This document shows positions 1 to 12,871 of a DNA stretch of 64,000 nt, one piece after another. A program made the position numbers and the translations under genes. Origin of the DNA: Mobula hypostoma (taxonomy: Eukaryota); the NCBI RefSeq assembly GCF_963921235.1, contig NC_086120.1, positions 27,528,001 to 27,592,000 of the forward strand. Reading direction: 5' to 3'. Numbering within the stretch: position 1 is the first letter of the stretch; every line of letters starts with the position of its first letter. The notes under the pieces were generated by a model. The model saw only the letters and a list, made by a program, of their open reading frames with translations, ran no database searches and was not told the DNA's origin.

Positions 1-116
1 AACGGTGTGTCTAGCTGGTTTACAAATGCTTTAATTTGATATCCAATAGCCAGCTACATCACAGACACAACCCTTCATGAGATGCTGCCTCAAGAAGGTG
101 GCATCCATCAATAATG

Positions 117-598
117 CAGACATCCTACCTCTCCCGGAAGTCTCCCGCTTATTGATAGCAGCTCCCTGATGCCCCCAAATTATATACAATATCCCAGAAA
201 TAGATTTTTTTGAGAGCGAGCGAGAGTGAGAGAAAGAACGAGAGAGAGCACCATGGCAGAGTGTTCCAAAAAAAATATAAAACGTACTTCACCCCAGACT
301 ACACTAAAGTGTACCCCTGCCTAATAGGGGTCAACATAATGAGTGTTGCTCGCTGCACTGTTTGCAACAGTGACTTTTCTATTGCCCATGGTGGGTTAAG
401 ACTGTATAAGACATGTTGAGGTGAGTTTAACAGGTGTCATTCATTCATTAGCATAGCTAACGTTATTTAAACTAGCTGGCTAGCTGCTAAGGAGCTACTC
501 TATTGCAGACATCCCACCTCTCCTGGAAGTTCCGGGAGTGTCTCACAAATTCATGGTGCTACCTCCCTGAAATGAGTTTTTGCAGGGTGGGATGTCTG
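117..598 (+). mobile_element. hAT-like DNA transposon remnant with 6-bp TSD, inserted in a Rex1/L2-type 3' end
   Basis: TIRs CAGACATCCTACC / GGTGGGATGTCTG; ATAATG duplicated at 111-116 and 599-604; ARCTVCNSDFSIAHGG zinc-finger-like transposase N-terminus. Confidence 0.75.
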
Positions 599-1550
599 AT
601 AATGACTCTCACTGATCGCGAAATACCCTCTTCCCCTTACTACTATCAAGGAGGTTGTACAGGAGCCGTAAGGCCCATACTTAACAACTCAAGAACAGCT
701 TCTTCCTTTCCACCATTAGATTTCTGAATGGCCCATAAACCCATGAACACTATCTTTCTATTTTTGCACTATTTATTATTTCTATAATTTATAGTAATTT
801 TATGTCCTTACACTGTACTGCCGCCACAAAACAAATACCATGTTATATAAGTTAGTGATAATATATCTGATTTTTAAACTGATAATATATGTATGAAATG
901 AAAGTTGTTCCATCTGCACTCTCTTTGATCTGCACAAATTTTAAACCTAATTACCCAATGGTTCAAAGGTGAGATCAATAAAGTAGGCTGAATGCAAGTT
1001 TAATAGAGGAGTTCTGGTCTTCCCAACCTTCCCTCTCAGTGATATCTCCTGAATTGCAGTCTGAATTTAGAATCTAGGTGACACTCTGACGCAGTACCAA
1101 GAGTATAATGCAGTACCGAGGGAGGTGATATTTAGAAATGCATTAATATCAAAAAGTGTCTTAAACAAAGGTCCTTAGTCATCCAAACTACTGAAATAGT
1201 TTAACAAGATATGAATTCAAAAAGTAATTTTGGCACTAACTATATGCTTCAAATCTGTAAAAGCCATTATAAGGAATACTTCTTTGGGCACAAAGCAACC
1301 GTGAGGGAAGAAGTAGGACTTCCTAATTAACCTAGTGTAATACCTAAAATAAAAATGAATGCATCAAAAATAAAGAAAGAAATTTAATAAAAGGTGAGGG
1401 AATCAGTGAGAAGTATTGATATTAAAGGTGAAGAATCTACTAACTGTAACCAATGTTCAATATTACAAATTACGAGGTTGGCAGCCAGGCTCTATTTCCT
1501 ATGTTTCCAAGTCAAGCTTGACAAATTAAATGATTAATGGCTTACTGTAC

Positions 1551-1636
1551 CTTTTTGTTGTCCCAAAGCTGTTTGGACAGGGATTTATCATTGTCAGACG
1601 TATTCTCCTCCATCCCAGGAACCGTTAACAGTAATA
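1551..1636 (-). CDS. CRTC1: CRTC1 exon 6 (86 nt); gene continues beyond the window start
   Basis: Polypyrimidine tract plus TAG acceptor; translates VLLLTVPGMEENTSDNDKSLSKQLWDNKK; GTACAG donor. Confidence 0.92.
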
Positions 1637-2549
1637 CTAAGAGTTGAGAGAAAGAGAAGGAGACAGAAAGAGAGAGAAACATACAATAAATGGGCATGAG
1701 GGAGGACGTACTGCGTAGGAAAGAGGGGGTGCGCTGCATGAGGGAGTGTACGTAGTATGGCGTGTTGGAGGGGTGGGGGAGGAGGATGAGCTGGAATCGT
1801 AATGCGGGGAAAGGATGACCAGACCTCCGTGACCACAAGCTTCTGAGGAGAATACACTTACAGGAACTCCAAGGCACATGGCTTATGTCTCAAATGATAA
1901 AGTAGTTAAATAAAACAGAGGTCCATTGCTTGGAAATGGCCATATCCTGAAACCATTTGGGACAAAGAACGTAACTCACTGAAACTTCAGCCATTTTGCT
2001 TTATTTTTCTTACTTTCATTCTTCCACATCCTGCCAAGAGCAGCATAGTGTTTCTTTTTAATACCATATTTTCTTTGGTCTATTGGATTAATATGAGTTA
2101 ATGCTTCATAGTTGACATGGATTCAGTGGGCTGCTGTTTCCAAGGTGTATGTCTCTAACCTTTGTCCCTAAAACAAATATTCCTGCTTTGTGATCTTCCC
2201 CGGCATTCATTCAGTTGTCTGGACACCTTTAGCATCATTACCTCAGCACAGGATTATGTAATACTGAGATGTTAAGAGTGGCCGCTGGTTCCAATGTACT
2301 GTTTTTATGTAATCTGATGCCAGTGCATACATACACATTTCTCTCTATTGTCAGCTTTAGGTGCAAACTGTCTGTAGATCTTTGGGAAAACTCAAGCAGT
2401 AGTCCCAAGGTTACAGAGGAATAACAAAGGGTGAATCCACAGCCAAGGCTGTGCAAAAATCTCCAAGTGGAAATATCACAAATTAAAATAGAAGATAGCT
2501 CAATGAAGTACCATCTTCATGTCACTGCATATGGAGTTTAAGAGGAAGT

Positions 2550-3110
2550 TTGGATGCAACCGTGAACATTGCTGAGACCACAAAGGAAGCACTGAATAAA
2601 GTACTCCGCATTTAGGGAATAATATGCTTGCCTTGAAGGTGGTGCAGTGAAGGTTCACAGGTTGATTCCTGGGATGAAAGAATTTACAAGTAGAAATAGA
2701 TAAAGCAGTTTAGGCCATAACTCATCAGATTTTAGAAGAGATGACTTTATTGAAACATATAAGATTCAGAAGGAAATCACAGGGTGGATGCTGAGATGCT
2801 ATAACCTTGGGGCACAACTTCCAAATAAGAGGTCACCATTTAAGTTAGATATGTAAAGGAATTTATTCTCTTAGATCAGGGATTCCCAACCTTTTTTATG
2901 CAATGGACCAAAACCATTAAGCAAGAGATCTGTGGACTCCATGTTGGGAGACCCCTGGCTTAAATGGGTGTGACTCTTTTAAAAATAATTATCCTAGAGA
3001 ATTACAGAGGGGTAACTCGCTAAATATACTCAAGGCAGAGACTATTAATTATCTGAACTACATGAGAGTCAGAGGGTATAGGGAGACAGTGGGAAAGTGT
3101 TGTTGAAATG
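2550..3110 (+). mobile_element. Old CR1 3' fragment containing a hAT MITE (2877-2957)
   Basis: VQ.RFTGLIPGMK remnant; MITE TIR CAGGGATTCCCAAC. Confidence 0.65.
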
Positions 3111-4061
3111 GTCACTGAGAGGTCTTCACAGATGACAAGAAAGGGAAAGGGAGGGGGATAAACAAGATACATCATAATAATTGCTCCTGCAAATGGTGCT
3201 GTTGAAGGTTTTATTAATTATTAGGTGTCAACTGCAACTGTGTTGAGTCTAAAATGGGGAGATGATCCACAGCTATGTTTCTGCCAATCAGTTCAAGCTG
3301 ATAGTATGACATTATCTTGGACTAAATTGACTTCAGACATGCTGTAACATGAACATATCTGCCATTTTCCCCCCAAGGATTTGACTGCCTTGCCCTCTTC
3401 CATTTTGAAAACTTAAGAAACAGGAGCTGTGGGCATATAGGCCCTTAGTAAGATCATGGCTTCAAAACCCCACTTTAGCAGGTATTTCACATAGACTTGG
3501 GCTGGACACAGAAACATCATATCTGAAATAGAGTTGGACAGTACTACTGCTTTGTCCCCAGATGCTTCAAGAAATTGTTCCTCTGAAAATGACAATTGTT
3601 GCCCTGTCAGTTTCAACTACTTTTCAATTTTATTTAATTCCAATCAAAATAGAACTGTTGTCATACGAAGGCCATAACGATCCCTGACATCTGTCACAAT
3701 ACAGATTTAGGAGGATATTGTACAATCAAACTGGCAAGTAATATTGCTTTATAGCTTTTATTATTTTATTCACAGCCTTGCCCTCACTGACCTGACTTAC
3801 AGAAGCAAGAATTGTGGTTGCATAGCAATCCAATGCGGTGGTAGGGGGTGGGGGAGAAGAACAGGTATTAATTTCAGTGTCTTAAGATGGGATAGAGACA
3901 ACCCTAGGATCTTCCCAAAACAGTAATTCTTGCTTTTCATTTTCACAATTTAAATACGAGGTTCTTTGAAAGGAGAATTAGGCCCAGAGCGACAAGCCCA
4001 GCCTATGCAGCAATCTAGAAGGACTAGAGAAAAAATGAAGCAAAATTATTTAAACAAAATA

Positions 4062-4603
4062 CACCCAGTGGCCACTTATTAGGTACACCTGTACACCAGC
4101 TCATTAATGCAAATATCTAATCAGCTAATCACGTGACAGCAACTCAATGCACAAAAGCATGCAGACATGGTCAAAAGGTTCAGTCGTTATTCAGACCAAG
4201 CATCAGAATGGCGAAGAAATGAGATCTAAATGACTTTGACTGGGGAATGATTGGTAGTGCCAGACAAGGTCATTTGAGTGTTTCGGAAACTGCTGATCTT
4301 CTGGGATTTTCACGCACAATAGTCTTTAAAGCTTACAGAGAAAGGTGTGAGAAACAAAGTTCATTCAGGGAGCAGCAGTTCTGTGGGCAAAAATGCTTTG
4401 TTAATGAGAGAGGTCAGAGGAGAATAGACAGACTGGTTCAAGCTGACAGGAAGGCGATAGTAACTCAAATAACCACACGTTACAACAGTGGTGTGCAGAA
4501 GAGCATCTCTAAATGCACAAGTCAAACCTTGAACTGATGGGCTACAACTGCAGAAGACCACACCGAGTTCCACTCCTGTACCTAATAAAGTGGCCACTGA
4601 GTG
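4062..4603 (+). mobile_element. Non-autonomous Tc1/mariner element
   Basis: TA-flanked TIRs CACCCAGTGGCCACTT / AAGTGGCCACTGAGTG; HTH remnant LSVSETADLLGFSRTIV. Confidence 0.88.
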
Positions 4604-5559
4604 TACATCCCAAGACCAACTGACTTTGTCATGTCTGTGGATAGTCCTCTCATATTGAAATAGGATGAGTAAGTCAAGTCCTGGAAGAAAGACTGATGCA
4701 TTGTAGAAAAGCATTTAAGATACTGTTCCCTTTGTAACTCCCTCAACCACTCTTTTGCTCCCACAAACCACTTGCTACCTTAAAGTAATTCCCCATGGAA
4801 GGGTAGGAAATGCCACACCTGATGAAGCAATGGTTCACTTCTACATTTTCAAATTTTAATTTGGTACTGCAATGTGATTTCCTCTGGTTATAGATTAGGG
4901 GCAGCCTTGTAGAACACCTTGCATTCAGAACTCCCTGCTGCTTGTCACCTCATTCTCTATTCACTCCCACTATGATCTATGACTGCGAAGGCCAGAATTG
5001 AGGAACAGCGCATCACCTTCTCCCGAGCAACACTGCGGCCACCCAGACTCAACACGTAATTCTACAACCTCAGATAACATTTCCTCTCTCTGTGTCAGAA
5101 TGGCCATTTCTGCTTCAATAGACCATCTATTTGTGATATTGGCTCACATTTTCTCTCTTCATTTGTCCACTCTGACCTGCTGGGTATGTCCTACAGACGT
5201 GCATTTCACACCTTTTCACATTCCTTATCTCTATTCTTGTACCTGCCTTTACTTCATGGCCTTTTCCCCTTTCTCTCTCTCTACCACATTCGCCTGATGA
5301 CCAGATAACCGCTGCAACTAGTCACTGGGCAATCTTGGCCTCACCAGAGAAATTCCCCTGTCCTAACTATCGCCTTCTCTTACCTTCTGTTTGTTCTCCT
5401 TCCCAGTTCTTTGATCTGAAATATTAACTGCTTCTTTTCCACAGATGTTGCTTATCCACTGAATGCTTCAACATTTTCAGTTTTTATTTAAAGTCAGTAG
5501 CTCAGTTTTTTAAAAAAAATTCAGGTTACAACAGATGTCAGTTTAACTTAAGACACGTA

Positions 5560-6481
5560 CAGTCGGCCCTCCTTATCCACAAGGGATTGGTTCCGGGACC
5601 CCTTGCGGATACCAAAAAACGTAGATGCTCAAGTCCCTTATTCAAACTGTCTCAATGTGGCGGACCTTAGGACCCAGCGGAAACCCGGACCTTATTTAAC
5701 CTGTTTCAGTGCGGTGGGCATTAGGACCCGGCGGCGGAGCTCTGAATCCGCAAGGTTTCTGTTTACAAAAATAATCACGATCGTGATTTAAAATAAAGTG
5801 GAAATAATAAAGCGATTGGAAAGAGGTGGAACGCCATTGGTCATTGGAAAAGCGTTAGGCTACATTCGGTCAACGATCAGAACAATTTTAAAGGATAAAA
5901 TGAGAAAGGCCCTGCCCGATTAAAACAACAATTATTATGCAGCAACGCAGTGGTTTAATTATTGGGTTTTGGGGTTTTGGGTTTTTGATCCTCCACATCA
6001 ACCTGGCAGGGATGGACAGCGTGCTCGGGAGTGATCTGTCACTGGATCGAACTCGAGAACTTCCATTCCCGAGCCCGGCTCTGAAACATACGTTTCTTAA
6101 GTATTTTATATGCATAGAAAGGTAAAATATATACTATATACTAAGACAAACGTTTGACTAGCTGATGCTAAATAATATCGGATGTACCTGTTCCGATTTA
6201 CTTAGTAAGAGAACTTCCATTTTTGTTCCGATCCTGATCCACGATAACCTACGCACATCCTCCCGTATACTTTAAATCATCTCTAGGTTACTTATAATAC
6301 CAAATACAATGTAAATACTATGTAAAATAGTTGTAATACTGCATCGTTTAGGGAATAATGACAAGAAAAAAAAGTCTGTACATGTTCGAACAACAAGTGC
6401 TGGATGAGCACTTCCGGGTTTTCTCGATTCGCGGTTGGCGAATTCGCGCATGCGGAACTCGCGGATATGGAGGGCCGACTG
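5560..6481. mobile_element. pogo/Tigger-like non-autonomous DNA transposon
   Basis: TA-flanked TIRs CAGTCGGCCCTCCTTATCC / GGATATGGAGGGCCGACTG; CENP-B-like HTH remnant. Confidence 0.88.
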
Positions 6482-7052
6482 TATGCACAACAGCAACTTG
6501 TAATAATCATCTCCCAAAAATATTCAAATCTACTTTCATCTTATCCATGAAAACTTTGTGAGTCCTGTTTATTCATAAAACAGGTCCCCTGGATTTTAAT
6601 TTAGATGCTAAAGCTAAAAGGATCAGGGCTCAGATCTGGTCTAAAGCATACCAGACAGTTAACTACTGAGGTTTACATCATCAAGAGAGAGCCCAAAATG
6701 GCTCCAGTCTGATTAAACTAGGAACTGCAAATCATTGACACCTCATCACAGCAATAGTGGAAATGTCCAAACTGGCACAAAACACACTCCAAGGTACTCT
6801 GCCAAATGAACAATATTCAATCGCTGTACACCTCCTGACAATCCAATCAATATCTACAACCTTTATAACCTTGCTAGTCTCATCAATATTCACTCCTTGC
6901 GTAACCCAGGCAACATGATCAATATTAGTTTCCTTTTACCAAGTTGACACCTATCGACAGGCATGTTCTATAAGAAATGCCCAATCTCCTGCAAATCCCT
7001 GCAGTCCAACAGAGCTTGGGTACTAGAGTCCTTTGGTCTTGTACTGGATATA

Positions 7053-8583
7053 CAGCAGTGCTAGGAAGTTTGTGAACCCTGTAGAATTTTCTCTATTTCT
7101 GCATAAATATGACCTAAAATGAGATCAGATCTTCATGTAGGTCCTAAAACTAGATAAAGAGAATCCAATTAAACAAATAACACAAAAATATTATATGTGT
7201 TCATTTATTTATTGAGAAAGATGATCCAATATCACATGTATTTGTTGGAAAAAGTATATACATCTCTGGGGTAATGCCTTCTACAAAAGCTATTTGGAGT
7301 CAGATGTTCCAATCAATGAGATGAGATTGAAGGTGTGGGTTGTACAGGTGCCCTGCCCTATAAAAAACACACACTAAGTCGGGTTACTGACAGAGCCTGT
7401 TCTTCTCAAGAAAGATCAAAACCTTACCTCGATCAAAACAACTTTCAGAGGACATGGGAAGAACTGTAGAGATGCATGAAGCTGGAAAAGGCTACAAAAT
7501 CATTTCTAAAGACATGAATGTTCATCAGTCCACAGTAAGAAAAGAAGGCTACAAATGGAGGAAACTCAGTACTTTTGCTACTCTCCCTAGGAGTAGGCAT
7601 CCTGCAAAGATCACACCAAGGGCACAACGTGTAATACTGAAAGAAGTGGAAAAAGCCCAAGCTTAACAGCAAAATATGTGCAGAAATCTCCAAAACTTGC
7701 TAAAGTTTCTGTTCACGTGGCCACTATAAGAACACCGAACAAATATGGTGTTCATGGAAGGACACCATGGAGGAAACTGCTCTCCAACAAAATACATTGC
7801 CTCATGTCTCAAGTTTGCAAAAGACCACCTGGATGTTCTACAAGGTTTAGGGACAATGTTCTGTGGACAGATGAGACAAAAGTTGAACTTTTTGGCACAA
7901 ATGCACATTATGATATATGGAGGAAAAAAGGCATTGCACACTAACACCAAAACCTCATCCCAACTGTGAAGCATGGTGGAAAGGCATCATGGTTTGGGGC
8001 TGTTTTGCTGCCTCAGGGCTTGGACAGCTTGTAATTGTTGAGGGAACAATGAATTCAAAATTGCATCAAGACATTTTACAGCAGACTGTCAGCATAGTAG
8101 TCTGTCACCTGAAACTTAATAGAAGTTAGATGATGCAACAAGACAATAATCTAAAACACAAGAATAAATCAACAACAAAATGGTTTAAAAAGAAGAAAAT
8201 TCATATTTTGGAATGGCCGAGTCTATGTCCTGACCATAATCCTATAGAAATGTCGTGGAAGGACCTGAAGCAAGCAGTTCATGCAAGGAAGCCCACCAGC
8301 ATCCCAAAGTTCAGGCAGTTTTGTAAGGAGGAATGGCTTAAAAATTCCCCCAAGCCGATGTACAGGACTGATCAATGATTACCAGAAACATTTGGTTGAA
8401 GTTATTGCTGTACAAAGGGGTCACACCACACACTGAAAGTGAAGGTTCACGTAGTTTTTCCAACAAATGCAGGTAATATTGAATCATTTTTCTCAATAAG
8501 TAATTGAACAAACATGTTTTATGTCATATTTATGCAGAAATAGAGAAAAGTCTACAGGGTTCACAAACTTTCTAGCACCACTG
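7053..8583 (+). mobile_element. Full-length decayed Tc1 transposon
   Basis: TA TSD; TIR CAG(C/T)(A/G)GTGCTAG..AGTTTGTGAACCCTGTAGA; transposase fragments VLWTDETKVELFG, IMVWGCF, MQQDNN, WPSLCPDHNPIE. Confidence 0.93.
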
Positions 8584-9011
8584 TAGAAATGCTACAAACT
8601 CTGAGTTTGTGGTTGTACATCTAAAGATTACATTAACAGCAGATACTGTTATCTCCCTCTTCTCAGAACTGCTGAGAAAGGTATCAGTCTGAAATGTGAA
8701 ATATATCAGCCTCCACAGATGCCTATCTGACCTGCTGAGTATTTATAGGTTCTCTAGTCTAACTTTAGAATTCCTTAATCTTTAGTCATCTGTCGGATTT
8801 TTGATGCTGTCAGGAGACTGTGACTTTGAGTGTAAAAGCTGTTAGTTTGTATTTGCTAGTGCAGACAAACAGTATATAAAATAAACTGCTAGAAAAATAA
8901 AAGTTTTGAATATTTTGTAACTGGCTATGAGAGGCTGGCCAGGATGAGTCTCTGCTTAGGATGTTAATTGATCAAAGAGGCCAGTGCCCTCAAAGTGAAC
9001 ATTGTTCTCAC

Positions 9012-9112
9012 CTCGCTTGTGTTGATTTTGTGTTTCTTGGGTGCTCCCATTAAATGGATCCTGCGCAGTGGGATTCATTGTACTCTGGTGCAGAGCAGAG
9101 TCTGAATTGGTC
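9012..9112 (-). CDS. CRTC1: CRTC1 exon 5 (101 nt), with the RTNSDSALH SIK/AMPK phosphorylation and 14-3-3 motif
   Basis: TTTCAG acceptor, GTGAGA donor; translates (R)TNSDSALHQSTMNPTAQDPFNGSTQETQNQHKR; phases match exons 4 and 6. Confidence 0.95.
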
Positions 9113-10264
9113 CTGAAAGTAAATTACAAGTACTCAATCGTGATAAAATCCAGTACCAAATGTACAAGTGTGAGAAACAAAAGGACACATCAGTTAAGAA
9201 AAAAGCTAAAAGTATTTAAGAATGAATCATGGATGGCAGGAGTCCAGTAAACACAAATGACACATAGTACACTGACAATCCCAAAGAACACAGAAGTGTA
9301 TCACAACAGACCCAGTGGACACATTACAGAACAAAGAAGGTTCCTGCTCTTAGTAATTATAATCCCAGTTATAGATCAAAAACAGCGACAGACCCTGGAT
9401 AACTACAATTCTAGTGCAAAAATTACCTTTTAACTAAATCCTAGAGTATACACTTTAGGAAAATAACAATACCTGCAAACTTATCATGGAAAAAAGCCAG
9501 ACTGTTTATTTATTTCAGGACAATGACAGCCTTATAACACATATTGTAAGACAAGGCCAGGCTGCTACCATTTCAGCATCTACAGCTGTTGTGTGATACC
9601 CAACCAAAGAAGTCCTTGCACTTTGTATAGAAAGTGGGATGCTGACCAGAGTCATGAGATAGACTGAGTAAACATCAAAAATGTGGTTGAAGAGTAGACA
9701 TTATCACTACGATTCTACATGTGACTAGAAATTTAACTAATTACTTCCATAAAATTTTCAAGTGAACATTCTGTATATAACAGGTAAAAACAGCATGTTA
9801 CAGAATGCTCAAAATCAGAGGACCAGTTTTGCCCCAAAGCTCAGCTACCCAAGCTTGTCCAGCCATCCCCAATAACTGAGCTGTTTTCCACCACACTTGC
9901 TGCAGCTCAGTTCAGTCACTCCCCACTCAATTCTACAACCCTCCCCCATTAATTCCTCCTCAATTAAGGATGTATTCCCTCACTAAGCCCTTCCCTGAAC
10001 AAAACTATTCTTCCCTGCTTAGAAGCAGATGCATTCTCTGTTAAGCATCCTCTTATAGAGCAGAGGAATGCATATCTTCCTTGTTTTCTTACCCCACAGT
10101 TGGAACTGCCCCCTCACCACCCCACTCCCCCGAGTACAGTCGTTTGCAGTTCCCCAAGGAGAGAGCCCCTAGCAATAGGATTTAAGTGAAATCTCCAGAA
10201 GTTTTTACCATATCTATGTGCCTACTCTAAAAGAGCTTTTATTTTTGAATAAAGCGTCTCTCAC

Positions 10265-10326
10265 CTTCTCCAGCTGGTATCAGGTGGGGGCGACAGATAG
10301 ATCGAACTATATGGACAGCTGTCTGC
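10265..10326 (-). CDS. CRTC1: CRTC1 exon 4 (62 nt)
   Basis: Translates [20 protein letters not shown](R); GTGAGA donor. Confidence 0.95.
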
Positions 10327-12700
10327 GTGCTGCAGAGTCAAGGAAACTTCAGAGAACAGAATATATTCTGTAACAAACTGTTAAACTGTGCAAAAAATTA
10401 AATATTATACACAAAGCTACTGTCCGGTGGAGCAATACCTATAGAAACAATATTCACATAAGCCCTCGATATCTTACTTGACTCTCTGAAACCACTTACA
10501 TCAAACACTCTCCAACACCAAGATCAGCTACCACTGCATAATATTGGCCAAATTACAGCACTTTCACAGCTGAAAGTTTCACCATCTATTTGTTACATCT
10601 AGTATTATAAAATAATCTGTAAGAAAAGGAAGGCATTTGATCCATTAAATGATCGCTCCTTCGGACATCATTCTATTTATCCCGTTACTCTGTACTTACT
10701 TCAATGTTATTCACCCTCCTTTTTGAAAGTTACTACTGAATCAAGCAATTCATTTCAAATCTAAACACAAATCACATAAAACCCCTTCTTCGCTTTTAAC
10801 TGCTTTTCATCAAAGATTTCTGTATTAAACTCATTCTGCTACATGTCCACCCATTTCACCTACCAATCTCTTCTTGAGGTCTATTAGTATCTCTTTGTTT
10901 ACTGTACTTGTACATTTTGAATCTTAATTTTTAAGATCTGGGATCACCCCAAGGTTCACAGTAATCTCTACCAAAGGCAGCAATGGCTTTGGTACTGAAC
11001 CCCCTGGAATTCTGTAAACTATCTTCAATACAAAATTATTCACACCTCTCAGTTTTGGGTCCTTTATGTAATGTTCTATCCAACTCTTGTCAAGACGAGA
11101 AGACAATTCTAAAAATTCTCTGACAGGCTTCCCACCTTGATTTCTTTGTAAGCTTGATATTACTGCACACTTTGTTATCTGCACACCAACTTGCATCAAG
11201 TGCCCTTCACTCCATTTTTTTGGTGACTATATTATTATTGAAAATCTGAATATCAATTTCAAAATTGTCATTTGTGCTTTCAAATCTGATTCCTAACTCA
11301 CTGCTCTTATCACTGACTGTCCCCAGCTTTACAACTTCCTAGGTTAGTTACATTCTGGAATTATTACCCATGCTAATCAATTTTGAAATGAATGGTTACT
11401 AGGCCACTTCAGAGGGGCATTGAGATTAATTTACACTCCTGGGAGTCTGGGATCAGATATACACCAGAATAAGAAGCACGGACTAGAAGGGCCGAGATGG
11501 CCTGTTTCCGTGCTGTAATTGTTATATGGTTATACGAAGGGCAGTTTTTTCCTATAGGCCAAATAAAGCTAGGCAAGTGGACTTTGTTAGCTGAAGATTC
11601 TGCTTATAAAGATTGGCATTATTTGTCACATGTATATTTAAATGGGAAAATGTGTTGTTTTTGTCAACAACAAACAGTCTGAAGGTGTGCTGGGTACAGT
11701 CCACAAGTACCGCCATGCTTCCAGCACTAACCTAACATTTCCACAACTTACTAACCCTAATCTGTATATCTTTGAAATGAGGGAGGAAACTAAGATCTTT
11801 GGGGAAACCCATGAGGTCACAGGGAGAACGTACAAGCTCCTTACAGATATTGGTAGAAATTGACCCTGAATTGCTGGTGCTGTAGGGTTGTGCTAACCAC
11901 TACGCTACCACTTTACCCTATACTATTCAACTCTATGACTAAAAGGACATTAGTGAACCAGATGGATCTTCTTACTAATCCAATACTTTTATTCTTTTAC
12001 TAACATCCTTCTGTTTTGTTCAGGATTGTTTATGAATTTGAACTTGTGTCCTCAAATCATTTTCCACAGCTGAATTACTAGGCCAATAACATAACTGCTA
12101 AAGTACTGAACTTTATTAAGATGTTCTTTAAATAAAAATTCACTACGGTTGCCTATCCTACTATTCTAGAATGGTTTTCTACTAAATTTTATTTAGTTAA
12201 TCTGCTCTGAAGCATCTTGAGAAGCTTTACTACTTAAAGCACAATATGAATGCAAGTTGCTGTTGTCAGAGCAATCATTAAAACTTATATTTTAAGATAT
12301 CAGTAACAAGGTGATTTATTTGTGTACATGCCAATATAGCTGAATATTGCAGAAAGTACCAATAATCCTCAAAATTGTACACTGGACCTCAAAATGCTTC
12401 ATCCAAGAAAACCATGAAAGTGGTGACAGCTCAGCACTGCACTACTCAACATTTCTTTTGAAAGCAGTGTCAGACACAAGAGCTCTTTCCTAATTGGATG
12501 ACTAATAATTTTCACAGGAAGTTATTAAAGATTTCAGGAATAAAGACTAATGCATTTAGTTACGTGACTGCTCCCACTGCTTTGTGAGACTTTACCTGGC
12601 AATATAGGAGACACACTCTCACCACTGGTTATTTTTCTTCAGTGTTTCTTGCTCTGGACCAGATCTCAGCATCCATACCGCCCTGACAGAGGAAGGATAT
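10327..12700 (-). other. CRTC1: U12-type (minor spliceosome) AT-AC intron 3 of CRTC1
   Basis: 5' end ATATCCTTCC; branch site TTCCTTGAC (10345-10337); 3' end CAGCAC; joining 12701 to 10326 restores ...KHGRQ|ADSCPY... in frame. Confidence 0.93.
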
Positions 12701-12838
12701 CTGACGCCCATGTTTGTCAACAGGAATGGCACGGCGGTGTGGTGATCCCAGCCGATTTTTGTCCCTGTAGACCCGATCAACCAAGCCATGGTGCCTGGTC
12801 GTTCTACTCGTGTCCAAAGCAGACGACTGGAACGGTGT
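12701..12838 (-). CDS. CRTC1: CRTC1 exon 3 (138 nt)
   Basis: TTACAG acceptor; translates [46 protein letters not shown]; followed by the U12-type donor ATATCCTT. Confidence 0.95.
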
Positions 12839-12871
12839 CTGTAACATAAACAAGGAGAATCATAACCTGTC

